Positions 36,053 through 49,200 are shown, counted from the stretch's first letter. The stretch is DNA of 64,000 bases from Chthoniobacteraceae bacterium (GCA_037190965.1 JBBCKI010000028.1:64001-128000), one strand, 5' to 3'. Program-made: numbers and translations. The notes: a model not told the origin generated them from the sequence alone.

Positions 36053-36745
36053 ATGAGTTCCCAGGATAACAGTCGGCGTCCCTGGTTTAAGCGATACGGC
36101 CTCGTCTGCGTGATTGGCGTCGCCGCGATCGGGCTCTTCTTCCTCGTCAGAAAGTTGATGAACGAAAAGCCTGCGCCGCGGCGTGAGAGCAGTTTCACGA
36201 TGGTGAACCTGCCGCCACCCCCGCCACCTCCTCCTCCCGCTCCCACGCCGCCGCCGGTACAACAGGAGCCTCAGGAACAGAAGATGATCGAGCAGGCGCC
36301 TTTGACCGAAGAGGACACCAAGCTCGAGCCCGCCGAGGCTCCAAAGGATGAACCCCCTGAGTTGGGAACCAACATCAAGGGCGATGGCCCCGCTGATGGC
36401 TTTGGTCTTTCCGGCCGGGGGAACGGAATGATTGGCGGCGGCGGCCGCAGCGGTGCCAACCGGAGCCAATGGGGATGGTACGCGGCGGAGGTGCAGTCTT
36501 CGATTAGCGATGCGCTCAGAAAGAATAAGAAGACACGCTCCTCCAGCCTGCGGGTGACAGTGCGCATCTGGGCCGACAGCACAGGCCGCGTCACTCGGGC
36601 CGCATTGAATGAGAGCACCGGCGACACCGCTTTGGATGACGCGATCACCAACGATGTGCTCACCGGGTTGCAACTGAAATCTGCGCTTCCTCAGGGGATG
36701 CCTTCGCCGATTGTGCTGCGCATTTCCGGCCGCCGTCCCAAATGA
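36053..36745 (+). CDS. TonB/TolA-like energy transducer
   Basis: Start MSSQD (36053); single TM; poly-Pro linker LPPPPPPPPPAPTPPP; C-terminal VRIWADSTGRVTRA..STGDTALDDAI. Confidence 0.88.
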   Translation: MSSQDNSRRPWFKRYGLVCVIGVAAIGLFFLVRKLMNEKPAPRRESSFTMVNLPPPPPPPPPAPTPPPVQQEPQEQKMIEQAPLTEEDTKLEPAEAPKDEPPELGTNIKGDGPADGFGLSGRGNGMIGGGGRSGANRSQWGWYAAEVQSSISDALRKNKKTRSSSLRVTVRIWADSTGRVTRAALNESTGDTALDDAITNDVLTGLQLKSALPQGMPSPIVLRISGRRPK

Positions 36746-36755
36746 AAATCTAGTT

Positions 36756-38636
36756 ATGTCACTTCATTCGAAATTTCCAATTCTGCCTTTGGCCCTCTTG
36801 TTGGGGTTGCCATGGCCCGCTATCCAGGCTCAGGAGGGGGCAATCGCGCCGCCTGTCGACCCGGCCATGGATGCTCTGCTTCAACTTGTCGAAGGGGGTG
36901 AACCTCCGGCTGCTCAAAAGCCGCAGGTAACGCAGGCCCCGGAGAAATCGACCACGGTGGTTATCAACCTGATCAACCGGATGGTTGAGAAAGGATTGCT
37001 GACGAAGGAGGATGCCGGGGAGTTGCTCCAGCAGGCCGAGGATGATGCCATCGCCGCACGGCAACAGGCCGCCATGGCCATCGCCGCCGCCGAGCAGGCT
37101 GCGGAAGTCGCCCGCCGGTTGAACGAAGGGGGCGGGATTACCCCCAATCTCGATCCACTCTTCTCAGAGAATCCCGAAGATACCGTCCGCGTTACTTACA
37201 TTCCGGAGCATATCCGCAACCAGATGCGGGATGAGATCCGGCAGGATGTGTTGGAACAGGCCAAGGCCGAGAACTGGGCTGCGCCCAACAGCGTGCCCGA
37301 ATGGACGAAGAAGTTCCGCGTGTTTGGAGATGTGCGTGCGCGTTACGAGTCGATGCACTATCCGGAAGGCAGCGACAACACCGGTTCGTTTCCCGATTTC
37401 AATGCCATCAACACTGGAGCCCCGTTCGACATTGCGGGCAACGTCTTCTCCCCGCAGTTGAATGCGGACCAGGATCGCGAGCGGCTTCGCTTCCGGGTGC
37501 GGGTCGGCGCGGAGGTTTCACTGGTCGACGGTTTTACGGCCGGGCTTCGGATCGCTACCGGGTCTGATAACTCTCCGGTGAGCACCAACCAGACGTTGGG
37601 CGGTAGCGGCAACTTCAGCAAATATGCCATTTGGCTGGATCGCGGCTACCTGAAGTACGAAACCGGCATTGGCGACGGTAGACTGGCCTTGTCGCTCGGG
37701 CGGTTCGACAACCCTTTCTTTTCGAGTGAGGTCATGTGGGACGATGACATCGGCTTCGACGGCATCGCGATGCAGGGAAGCTACAATCTTAACAGGGTTA
37801 CCCCATTTTTCAGCGCAGGTGCCTTCCCTGTCTATAACACCAATCTGAACTATGCCACCAATCAACCCGCCAAGTTCGAGAGCTATGACAAATGGTTGTA
37901 CGGGATCCAGGCCGGTTTGGATTGGAAGGTGCGCAAGGACCTCGATCTGAAACTCGCCATAGCCTACTACGACTTCGATAGTATCGAAGGAGTTCTCTCC
38001 GATCCCTATACGCCGTTGAGCGCCAGCGATGCCGGGAATACCGACGCCTCGCGCCCCGCGTTTGCCCAGAAGGGGAATACCTATCGCGCGATCCGCAACA
38101 TTATCCCGAGCGCGCTTAACAACTACGGCACGCTCTATCAATACCAGTACTTTGGTCTTGCCACGCCATTCCGGGTGGTCGCGCTTACCGGCAAGCTCGA
38201 CTACAACAAGTTTGAGCCGATCCAGATCTCGCTTTCCGGCGAGGTAATCAAGAACCTCGCCTTCAAGAAGAGCGACCTGGAGCCAATCGCCATCAATAAC
38301 CGTGGGGTGGTATCGAGGTCCGGCCTCGCTCCCTTTGAGGGTGGAGACATGGCTTGGATCGCCGGGTTGAAGGTGGGGCACACAGCCATGCAGAAGCGGT
38401 GGGATTGGAACTTCGGCGTCAACTACCGCTATGTGGAATCGGATGCCGTGGTGGACGGGTTCACCGACTCCGACTTCGGCGGCGGTGGCACCAACCTCAA
38501 GGGATTCACCATTTTCGGCAACCTTGCCGTATCGCCCAATGTCTGGCTCGGAGTCCGCTGGATGAGCGCCGATGAGATCGCCGGGCCTCCTCTCAAGATC
38601 GACATTCTGCAATTCGACGTTTCAGCAAAGTTCTAA
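36756..38636 (+). CDS. Putative outer-membrane porin (Porin_5-like) with an N-terminal helical periplasmic region
   Basis: Start MSLHSKF; GDVRARYE, DRERLRFRVRVG, STNQTL, WDDDIGFDG, FTDSDFGGGGTN; ends DVSAKF. Confidence 0.88.
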   Translation: MSLHSKFPILPLALLLGLPWPAIQAQEGAIAPPVDPAMDALLQLVEGGEPPAAQKPQVTQAPEKSTTVVINLINRMVEKGLLTKEDAGELLQQAEDDAIAARQQAAMAIAAAEQAAEVARRLNEGGGITPNLDPLFSENPEDTVRVTYIPEHIRNQMRDEIRQDVLEQAKAENWAAPNSVPEWTKKFRVFGDVRARYESMHYPEGSDNTGSFPDFNAINTGAPFDIAGNVFSPQLNADQDRERLRFRVRVGAEVSLVDGFTAGLRIATGSDNSPVSTNQTLGGSGNFSKYAIWLDRGYLKYETGIGDGRLALSLGRFDNPFFSSEVMWDDDIGFDGIAMQGSYNLNRVTPFFSAGAFPVYNTNLNYATNQPAKFESYDKWLYGIQAGLDWKVRKDLDLKLAIAYYDFDSIEGVLSDPYTPLSASDAGNTDASRPAFAQKGNTYRAIRNIIPSALNNYGTLYQYQYFGLATPFRVVALTGKLDYNKFEPIQISLSGEVIKNLAFKKSDLEPIAINNRGVVSRSGLAPFEGGDMAWIAGLKVGHTAMQKRWDWNFGVNYRYVESDAVVDGFTDSDFGGGGTNLKGFTIFGNLAVSPNVWLGVRWMSADEIAGPPLKIDILQFDVSAKF

Positions 38637-38640
38637 GAAC

Positions 38641-39246
38641 ATGAAAAGAGTCATTTTCCCTCTCCTCCTATCGGCCGTGGCCGTCGTTCCCACGCGGGCA
38701 CAGGAAAAGGCGAGCCCGGAAGCGCGGATGCGCGAAGCCCTGCGTAATACGACATTGCAGGTGCGCACTTTGCAGGCCGAACGGGATGAACTGTCCGTGA
38801 AAAAAGATCAAGCCGAGGCCCAGGCCAAGACGCTTGAAGACCAAATCAAGATTCTGACCAAACGCGCCGCAGAGGATAAGGATATCATCGATTCCGGCAA
38901 GGCGGCTTTGCAGGAAGAGCAGGCCCGATCCCACCAAACGGCGGCGGAATTGGAGAAATGGAAATCTGCCTGCCATAAAGCCGTCGAACTCGCCAAAACG
39001 AAGGAAGCCGAGCGGGCAGCTCTCTCCGAGAAAGTCATCATTCTCGAGCGCACTGTCGCCGATCAGAAAAGCCGGAATGCAGAGATGTTCAAAATCGGCT
39101 GCGACCTTTTGCGACGCTATGAAAACTTCGGGCTAGGTAAGGCCCTCAGTGCCAGGGAGCCGTTTGTGGGTGTCACCAGGGTAAAGCTCGAAAATCTGGT
39201 TCAAGACTATTCAGACAAACTCTCCAACCAACGCATCAAGCCATGA
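38641..39246 (+). CDS. Exported coiled-coil protein of unknown function
   Basis: Start MKRVIF; signal peptide; heptad-rich body; C-terminal EPFVGVTRVKLENLVQDYSDKL. Confidence 0.8.
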   Translation: MKRVIFPLLLSAVAVVPTRAQEKASPEARMREALRNTTLQVRTLQAERDELSVKKDQAEAQAKTLEDQIKILTKRAAEDKDIIDSGKAALQEEQARSHQTAAELEKWKSACHKAVELAKTKEAERAALSEKVIILERTVADQKSRNAEMFKIGCDLLRRYENFGLGKALSAREPFVGVTRVKLENLVQDYSDKLSNQRIKP

Positions 39247-40142
39247 CTAATCGATCACTCTCTTTTGCCATTTGTTATTTGTTGCCCATTGTCGGCTTTG
39301 CAGGCCTTGCCAAGGCTGCCGAGGCTCCCGCCATTGCCCGCATTGGCGGCACGGAAATCAGAAGTTCCGAGCTCCAGGCAGAACTTGCGACGCTGGATGA
39401 CGCTCAACGAGCTGCGTTGGCCAAGAATCCGGCGATGCTGAATCAAGCCGTTCGTTCCCTGCTGGTGCGGCAACTGGTATTGAAGGAGGCTTTGGCCAAG
39501 AATTGGCAGAACAACGCCGAGCTGGTTCAGCAGCTCGAGCGGCTGCGGGAGGGGGCGATCACGGAGAGTTACCTGCTATCGGTCACGACGCCACCCGCGG
39601 GGTTTCCCAGCGAGGCAGAACTCAAAGGGGCGTACGAAGACAACAAGGCTGCGTTGATCATTCCGCGCCAGCTTCGTCTCTCACAGATCTTTATCGCCCT
39701 GCCGAAGAACGCCGATAAGGCGACGGCGGAGAAAGCCCAGGCTCGGGCGGACTCGGTCTCCAAGAAGCTCAAGGATACCCCTTTCGCGGAGTTGGTAAAG
39801 CTCCATAGCGATGAGAAATCCGGAGCCAACGAAGCGGAGATCGGGTGGATTGCGGAATCGCTCTTACAGCCCGCCATTCGCGAGGGCGCCAAGGATCTTG
39901 CCAAGGGGGGAGTTAGCCAGCCGATCCGGATGGATGACGGATGGCATATTGTCAAAGTGCTGGAAAGTCGTGATTCCCGCACGGCCACCTTCGAGGAGGT
40001 TCGCGAACAACTGCGCCAGCGCATTCGGGCCGAACGTCAGCGCGCCTCCAGCATGGAATATGTGAACGCCTTGCTGAAGGCGAACCCGGTTTCAATCAAC
40101 GAACTGGAACTCGTCAAGCTTCTGCAGAGCGGCGCCAAGTAA
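39243..40142 (+). CDS. Parvulin/PpiC-type periplasmic foldase (SurA/PrsA-like)
   Basis: Signal peptide; RLSQIFI, FAELVKLHSDE, IGW, VSQPIRMDDGWHIVK, TFEEVREQLR. Confidence 0.88.
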   Translation: MTNRSLSFAICYLLPIVGFAGLAKAAEAPAIARIGGTEIRSSELQAELATLDDAQRAALAKNPAMLNQAVRSLLVRQLVLKEALAKNWQNNAELVQQLERLREGAITESYLLSVTTPPAGFPSEAELKGAYEDNKAALIIPRQLRLSQIFIALPKNADKATAEKAQARADSVSKKLKDTPFAELVKLHSDEKSGANEAEIGWIAESLLQPAIREGAKDLAKGGVSQPIRMDDGWHIVKVLESRDSRTATFEEVREQLRQRIRAERQRASSMEYVNALLKANPVSINELELVKLLQSGAK

Positions 40143-40203
40143 CGGTCGACCGCCCTTGGATCGTCTGGCTCGGACCGCCGCAACTTAACAGCACTGTCTT
40201 GTC

Positions 40204-43200
40204 ATGGTTTGGAAATCTAAAAGCGCACTTCGGAGGAAGCTAGAGCCCCTGCAGCCGGTTCTCTCGGTGGTGATCTGTTTTTCTCTTACGGTAACCTCGA
40301 CGCCTGTGTTGCTGGCCGGTGATCTCCTGCGCGGAGGCGCTGCCGCGGGGCAGCCCGGTTCCGGCTCTGTGGGAGGGGCTGCCAATGCGGCCAACGCGGC
40401 GGCGGCGACCCGGATGCGGGCAAATTCCAATGACGCCCTGTCGCGGACCACGCAGGCTTTGCAGTCGGTGAAGGCGATGCAGGCGGCTGCGCGAGCGGCT
40501 GCCAGCGGTCGTAATAATCTTGGCGCGGACCCCAATCATCCCGGGCTCCAATTGCCGAATGTTCCGGACGGGTTGCTGGAAGGCGGCTTGGTTCCCGATT
40601 CCGGGCTCTCGGCTCCGGGAACGGCCAACCCGGTGACTTCGTGGGTCAATGCGCAAACCCCGGTTCAAACCGTCTCCGGAAACAAGGTCACGGTAACGAT
40701 CAAGCAAACGGCGCAACAGGCTTTGCTGAACTGGAGTTCGTTCAACATCGGCAGCAAGACCAAGCTGAAGTTCGATCAGAGCGCGGGTGGGGCGGATCAG
40801 TCCAAATGGATCGCATTCAACAAGATTGTAGATCCCACCGGCGTTCCGTCGCAGATTCTCGGGGCTATTGAAGCCCCCGGCCAGGTTTACGTCCTCAACC
40901 AGAACGGTATTATTTTTGGCGGGGCATCGCAGGTCAATACGCACGTACTCGCTGCCTCGTCGTTACCCATCAATACCAACCTTTTCGCACAAGGGTTGTT
41001 GAATAACCCGGACGCCCAGTTTCTGTTCTCGGCACTCGCGATGCCAGGTGGGGCCGACGGGACGCCGGCGTTCACCCCGGAGGCTGCATTTACCGAGAGT
41101 GGAATTCCTGGCGATGTTATTGTCCAGAAGGGGGCGCAACTGACGAGCCCCTTGAGTCCCGACGGCAAGGGCGGGCGTGTCATGTTGGTTGGGCCGAATG
41201 TCATCAACGAGGGCACGATTTCCACGCCCTCGGGGCAGACGATCCTCGCGGCGGGTCTGCAAGTGGGGGTGGCCGCTCATGCGTCCACCGACCCGAGCCT
41301 GCGCGGCCTCGATATCTGGGTAGGCGCGGTTGGGGAGGGCACAGGCACGGTGACTAATACCGGATTGATCAGCTCGCTTACCGGGTCGATCACCATGGTC
41401 GGGCGGCAGTTGAACCAACTGGGCGCCTTGGAGAGCAGCACCTCCGTGGATCTTAATGGGCGCATCGATCTTCTCGCCAGTTACGGGGCTATATCGAACC
41501 CCAACTATGACAACTCCGGTTCCCTTGGAGGCGGAGCCCCGATCTTTTTCAATCAATATACCGGGGTCGTGACGCTGGGGGAGAAGAGCGTCATCCAGAT
41601 CCTGCCTTCGGCGGACGGCGCAACTGCTCCGGGCTTGACGTTGCCGGAAGCCTCGCGAGTGAACATTGAAGGACGCGTCGTTCATTTTGAAAAAGGCTCC
41701 ATGCTTTACGCCCCGAGTGGCAAGGTGGATATCCGCGCGGGTGTCTGGCCTTTTTCCGACGTTGACGGCGATGGCACCATTTTGAATGCCTCCGGTGAGG
41801 TGGATTCAAGCTTTCTGAGCTATTACTCGGGGGGCAAACAGCGCTTCCTGTTCTCCGAAGGGCAGATCTACGTAGAGCCATCGGCTTTGATCAGTGTTGC
41901 CGGCACCACGGATGTCTTCGTCCCGCTGGCGCAGAATATCTTGACCGTGGAGTTGCGCGGTTCGGAGCTGGCCGACTCGCCGTTGCAGCGAATGGGATCG
42001 CTGGCTGCAATTCTCCTGACGCTTGATCTTCGCAAGACCGGAGATTACAACGGGCGCTACTGGATGGGGACGCCACTGGGCGATGCCACCGGGTTTGCGG
42101 CTCTGGTGGAACGAACCGCCCAACAGATGTCTGCCGCGGGCGGCAGCCTTTCGATGCAGGCGGGGGAATCGATCGTCGTTCGTGATGGCGCAAAGCTGGA
42201 TGTTTCCGGCGGTTACTATCGCAATGAGGGAGGGCTCATCAAAACGACCCGTTTGGTGCAGGGCTCCAACATTGTCGATATCGCCTCCGCAGATCCTGGT
42301 CAGATTTATGACGGGATCTACAACCCGGGGTTCGTGGTCTCCAGTGCCAAATGGGGGGTGACCAAGCAGTATGCCTCTCCTTTGGCAAACCAGGGCCATT
42401 ATGAGGCGGAGCATCTCTCCGGTGCCAGCGGAGGGACATTGAAGCTGGTTGCGCCGGGCATGGCGATTGAAGGAGAACTCCTCGGGACCACCCTTCAGGG
42501 GGAGCGCGAACGCTCCGTCACGCAGACACTCGGATCGTTGAGCATCGCCTTTCGGGCCGAAAAGATTTTCAGCGCCGCATTGGGTGAAATCTCTTTCCTC
42601 CCTTTCTCTCCAACACCGCCGACGGTCACCTTCCTTTCTGCATCCAATCTTGCGCCTGCGGACGACTTCTCGCTGGTTGACGACGAAGCCGCGCCTTTGC
42701 GGGGCGATTTGCGTGCCAACGTGGTTCTCTCCACGGACTTGTTGAGCAGAGGCGGCTTCGGCAACCTCGCCGTCGAGAACGTGGATGGCGATATCATCGT
42801 GCCTGTTGGGAGCATTCTCCAGACGGCGGCGCGCGGCTCAATTTCTCTTTCCGGCGCGAATATCCATGTCGCCGGTAGTCTCATTGCTCCCGGCGGCGCG
42901 TTAAGTTTTACCACCTACAACATTTCGCCGACCGCCGCGCTTGACTTCGGCCTGTTGAATCCGAGTGGCGCTTTGTATCCGGACACCAATCCCGACCGCG
43001 GGCTCTTCACACTCGCCAAGGGAGCCAAGCTGAGCACTGCGGGGCTGGTGGTGGATGAACGCACGGAGAAGGGGATGCAACAGCTTCTCGCGATCCAGGG
43101 CGGAAGCATTGCGGTGAATTCCTATCATGCGACGCTCGACGCGGGGAGCTTGGTGGATGTTTCCGGCGGAGCGCGGGTCAGCACCCGAGGGGCGGTATCT

Positions 43201-46200
43201 TACGGGGCTGCCGGAAGCATTGCGCTATTGGCGGGGCGGGATTCGGTATTGCCCGCAGCGTTCGGATCTTCTTCCTTCCGGCTTGCAGGAGGCTCGCTCT
43301 TGCTGGATGCGACGCTTCTTGGCTATTCAGGCGCAAAGGGAGGATCGCTGGCGCTGCAAAGCAGTTTGATCGAAATCGGATCGGCCCCGACTATCGATGG
43401 AGCGCTGTTGCTGAAGGCGGATTTCTTCCGACAGGGCGGCTTCACCAGCTATGCCTTGACGGGCATCGGGGCGCCTTCCAGCGAAACCGCGGCAGCGGGC
43501 GAGCCTGATCCTTACCTCCCGGGAATCTATATTGCGCCCGGCACACATCTGAATCCGGTGGCGGTGGGGTTGATGGCATTTCCGCAGTTGGGTGCGGGGC
43601 AGAAACTTGACCTTGTCAGGATGCTACTACCCGAGGGCCAGCGGCAGGCTACGAGCATCAGCTTCGTGGCTACCGGCTTTGACAATAGCTTTACAACGGA
43701 TCTTCTGGAGATCCGGGGCGATATTGTCATGGGCGAAGACTCATCGCTAAGGCTTGATGCCGGAGCATCTGCTTCTTTCAATGGCCAGACGGTCACTTTG
43801 TTGGGAGACGTAAGCGCTCCCGGTGGCAAGATCACGGTTGCGGGGGCATCAAGCTTCCCTCTGGCGTCGGCCCTGGCTTCCAGCGCCACGTATGCGCGTT
43901 CAACGGTTTTCATTGGATCGAACGCCTCGCTGTACGCAGGCGGCGCCACTGTCCTGACCCCGGATGCCTATGGACGGCGGACGGGGATTGTTTATTCCGG
44001 CGGAAGCATTTCGGTCTCCGGGAACATTGTGGCGGCTGAAGGGGCGGTATTGGATGTTTCGGGTGTGTCGGGCAGCCTCGATGTGCCGCTTTGGATGCTT
44101 GGCCAGAGTGCCGAATACCCGGCCACAAGCGGGATCAACGCTCCGCTTTCCAGGCTCGCGACTCAGCGAACCCGCATTGACAGCAATGGTGGTTATATCG
44201 ACCTGAGCGGCTCGCAGATGCTTTTCTCCGATGCCACCTTGCTGGGTAACAGCGGTGGCAAGAGTGCGGCGGGCGGAGCCCTCTCGATCTTCTCGGGCCG
44301 CTTCTATCCATCGACCAGCGCCCGCACCAGCGCCGACATCAACCTCGTCGTGACTCAAAGCGGTTCGGTGATTCCCGGCAGCAATACGCAGCTTGGGGTC
44401 GGCATGGCGGTCCTGAATGACGCCTCGGTGCCCTATGGCGGCATGGGTTACTTCGCCGCCGATCGTTTTCTGGAAGGCGGGTTTGATTCGCTCGACCTCG
44501 GTGCCAAGTTCCTGGAATCCGCAAGTCCGATTCCGTATGGCGGTAACGTCCGATTCGAAGGTCCCGTTTCCATTGCCGCGCGCGGGCTTTTGCGCGTGGC
44601 CGGTGGCGGCGTGGTTGAAGCGACGGACTCGGTGCAGTTGGTCGCTCCGTATCTTGCCATTGGCCAGGCATTCCGTCAGCCGCAGAATCCGGGCGACACG
44701 GTGTTGCCGTTCCAGCAGACGTTATCGACAACGCCGGAGTACTATCTGGCGCCGACCCACGGGACGGGAACGCTTTCGCTTATCGGCCGCTCGATCGATG
44801 TCGGCACGGTTTCACTACAAAAGATCGGTGCCGCCAACCTGATTGCCCAGTCCGACATTCGCGGCAATGGAACGCTGAATATCGCAGGCGACCTTACCAT
44901 GCAGGCGGGACAGATCTATCCCAGCTCGCTGGCCACGTTCGACATCTTTGCCTATGACCACGCAGGGACAGCCGGATCGGTCACGATCCTGGCTGGTAAA
45001 GCTACCACTCCTCCTCTTTCTGCAGGAGGCAAGTTGGGTATCTATGCTTCCAACATTGTTCAGGGAGGCGTGCTCCGCGCGCCGATCGGGTCGATCGTGC
45101 TCGGGTGGGATGGCAGTGATCTGGATCCCTCCGATGCGGCTTTGACTTCGCCGACCAATCTGGTGGTGGGCGGGTTGCTTTCCGCACCGGTGACACAATC
45201 GGTGACTTTGGCGGAAGGCAGCGTGACGTCGGTCTCCGGGTTGCTCCCGTCGGGCGAGGGGATGATCATTCCCTTTGGTCTCTCGCCGGATGGCTCCTCA
45301 TGGATCGCCCCGGACGGCACCAATGTGACGCTCTCCGGGCTTCCTCAGAAGGAGGTCAAGATTGCCGGAGCCAACGTGGTGACGGAAGCGGGTTCGGTGA
45401 TCGATTTGCGGGGCGGCGGCGATCTGGCTGCCTACCGATGGGTCTCCGGGGTGGGCGGCAGCATCGATCTGCTGAGCAGTCCTTCCGGGGATTGGAGCGC
45501 CAGCAGCTCTTATAAGGCAGGTGATCTCGTTTATTACAAGGGCCAGACCTGGTCGGCGCGTGCCAGCAGCACCGGGGTAACACCGAACGTCAGCCTATAT
45601 TGGTCGCGGGTGGCAGAGTCGTACGCCATTCTGCCAGGCCTCAATAGCGAACTGGCTCCTTACGCCAGCTTTAATACCGGCGTGAATGCCGGATTGTTGA
45701 AGGGCAACCCCGGTTATGTCAGCAATCTTGCGTGGGGCTCTTCGATTTACCTGAACCGGAGTTCCGGCCTTGCCGCAGGTTCCTACACTCTGCTGCCCAA
45801 GCAGTATGCCATGTTACCGGGGGCCTATTTGGTGACGGCGGTGAGTTCCGGCATCACGACGGATTACACTATGCCTGAAGGCGCGAACGTGGTTTCCGGT
45901 TATCTCTTCAACCAGTTTAACAAGCCGTCAGAGAGTGGGTTGTTCAGTCGCTTCGAGGTGGCATCGAGAGAGGTGATTGCGCGACGGGCCGCTTACGCGG
46001 TTTACTCCGCCAACGGCTTTATTCCGGCGGCTGCGGAGGAGAATGGCCTGGATAATGTGCAGCGCCTCCCCATTGACGCAGGACATCTGGTATTTCAGGG
46101 GATCAACTCGCTCGAGCTCCAGAATAGCATCCTTACCGATACGCCAACCGGAGGCAGGGGGGCTTTGGCAGACTTGAGCAGCTCTTCGGCGATCTGGATT

Positions 46201-49200
46201 ACCGACGGTTCTTCAGCGCCCTCGGGCGTGGTGCTGGATTCCGCTCTGTTGAGTTCATGGGGCATCGAGAGTCTCTTGATTGGTGGCGTGCGCAACATCA
46301 GGGGAACGGATGTAACCGTGGATGTTCGCACCTCCTCGCTCACGCTCGATAACGCTGCCTCGCCGCTCCGTGGTTCCGATGTGATCCTCGTTTCGCGCGA
46401 TCAGTTAACGATGACGGAGGGAAGCTCTCTAGTCGCAACCGGGAACTCCATCCTTACCGACAGGCTTCATATCGCCGGGGATGGGACGTTGCTCCGGGTC
46501 AGCGCGGGCCCCAATGCGGGAATCCTTCGCACGGACTTGACCGGTTCCACCACGCCGTTGTTGACCATCGGAGCTGGCGCTTCGTTGGCCGGGGCTTCCG
46601 TGAATCTCGATTCGAGTTACGGAACCATGCTTGATTCCTCCGTGACGCTGAATGCCTCTTCATTGACGCTGGGGAGTGGCCAGATCAGCGTTGTTTTTGA
46701 CAGTTATGAAGATTCGTTGGCGGGGAGCGTGGTTCCGTCGCATCTCGTTCTCTCCGGTGATCTCCTCGACAATGTGCAGACGGTCGGTGCGCTGAAGATC
46801 AAGAGTTACAGCTCCGTCGATTTCTATGGGAGCGGCACCTTCGGAAATGCGGCGCTGGATCTCGAGTTCATCTCCTCCGGGATTCGTGGGTTTGGGCAAG
46901 GCACAGACAACGTCATCGTGCAGTCGCGCCAGACGACCTTCAGCAACGACTCAAAGATAGTCGCCCCAGCAACCCCTGGGATCGCCTCAGGAGGGTTTAC
47001 TTGGCTTGCGGAAACCATTCGTCTCGGGAGCAACACGTTCCAGATCGCCGGGTATGAGAACCTGACCCTGACGGCCTCGAAGGCCCTTATCGGCCAGGGC
47101 TCGGGCGGCTTTGTGGCCTTGGGAGACCTGACGATCAATACCCCGCTTATTACCGGAGCCAACGGTTCCGTGCAGGCAATCACCGCCACGGGGGCGTTGA
47201 ACCTCGAATCGACGGGTGGCGAATCGAAGGTGGAGCCCGGCCTCGGCGCAACGCTCTCGCTGACTGGCGCGAGCATCAATGCCAATACCAACGTCGTGCT
47301 CCCCAGCGGCATGCTGCATCTGCGGGCGACCTCCGGCGATCTGACGGTGGGCGGAAACCTGAGTGCTCAAGGGACTCAAAAGGTATTCTTCGATTTCACC
47401 CGCTATACGAATGCCGGGCAGATCACTCTCCAGGCCGACGCGGGAGACGTGCATACGCTGGCAGGCAGCACGATCAATGTGGCTGCCGCAGCGAATGGAG
47501 GCGATGCCGGGACCCTGAAAGTCTTGACGCCGGAGGGGCACTTTGTCGTGGACGGTACTTTGCTGGCGCAGGCGGGCAAGGACGGTACGGCGGGTCGCTT
47601 CATTCTCGACACCGAGAGCCTCCCTTCCTACGACACGCTTAATAGCATTCTCGAATCGGGCGACTTCCTCGCTTCCCGCAAGATTCGCGTCCGCACGGGG
47701 GATGTTCTCATCGACGGGGTAACCCGGTCGCACGAGTTCCTGCTCGCGGCGGACTCGGGCAGCATTACCGTGACGGGTGAGATCGATGCCTCCGGCAAAA
47801 CCGGTGGCGATATTACGCTGGCGGCGCACAAAAACCTCGTTCTGGGCTCGGGCGCGTTCCTGAATGCCCACGCGGAAAAGTTCAGCGCGTCCGGCGCTGG
47901 CGGCTCGATCACGCTGGAGGCAGGCACGACCTACAATGGCGTCGCTGATGGATCGGCCATTCTGGATATTTCCAACACCGGCACGGTGATCGACCTCGGT
48001 GTCGACGAGTCTATTGCGGGAAGTTACACCACCCCCGGCTCCAGCGCATTCAATGGCCGGTTCGAAGGGATACTGCACTTGCGCGCGCCCCGGACGGCCG
48101 GGAACAACGATCTGAGGATTTCCGCAATTGGCGCAACGATCAACGGAGCCTCCGGGATCCTTGCGGAAGGCTTCGAGGTCTATAATCTGACCAGCACCGG
48201 CGGCGTGATTACCGGCTGGCGCTCCTCTTTCACCGCATTGCCGTCGGCAAGCACGGTCCAGAAAGCCGTTTACGACAGCGCCAATTCCTTCCTCGGGACG
48301 AGCAACTACAATACGATGATGAGCCGCCTGCTCGGTTCAGATTCGCAGGGACTCTCCGACCGGCTGGTGCTCGCACCCGGTGTCGAAATTATCAATCTTA
48401 CCGGAGACTTGACGTTGGGTTCCAGCAGCTCGACCTCCACCGCGCTGGGAAGCGCGTCTCAGACATCGGCGGATTGGAATCTTGCGGACTTCCGCTTTGG
48501 CCCGAAACAGGCCGCAGGGGTGTTGACGCTGCGCGCCGCCGGAAACCTCAATTTCTACAACGCCTTGAGCGATGGATTTGCGGGGACTCTCCCGACGGGG
48601 ACGGTGGCGGGGCAGTCGCTCTGGTTAAGCCCTCTCAAAACGGCAGTGGGTACTCTTCCGCTGCCTCTCCAGTCGTGGTCTTACCGATTGGCGGCGGGCT
48701 CCGATCTGGCATCGGCTGATTTCAACCAGGTCAAACCGCTGGAAGAGATGGCCGAGGGTAAAGGCTCCGTCATCGTCGGAAAATACTACGCAGCCTCGCT
48801 GGTCTCCGGTTCCGCTGCGACGACGGGCACGGCCATCACCAATCGCTACCAGGTCATCCGGACCGGCGCGGGCAGCATCGATATTGCCGCCGCGCGGGAT
48901 GTCCAGTTGCGGAACCAGTTTGCCACAATCTATACGGCAGGTGTGGCCCTCCCGACACCCACGTCGATCTTCTCCATGGATGACTTCGTGATCCCCTCCG
49001 TGTCGCAGACATCCGCGCAGCACCCGGATCAAGGCTCATACCTCGGGGCCGCGCAGCAGATCTTCAGGCCCCAATGGTCGCTGGCCGGTGGCGATGTCAA
49101 CATCCGCGCGCAGCATAATGTTGGACGCTATACCCTTTACAACGGGGTTGAGATCGTCGACTCGTCGCGCCAGATCCCTACCAACTGGCTCTATCGCCGT

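Noticed and set aside
38641..39246. SMC/DNA-repair or phage-capsid function for the coiled-coil protein
   Set aside because: It has a signal peptide and sits inside an envelope operon; any similarity would come from generic coiled-coil composition
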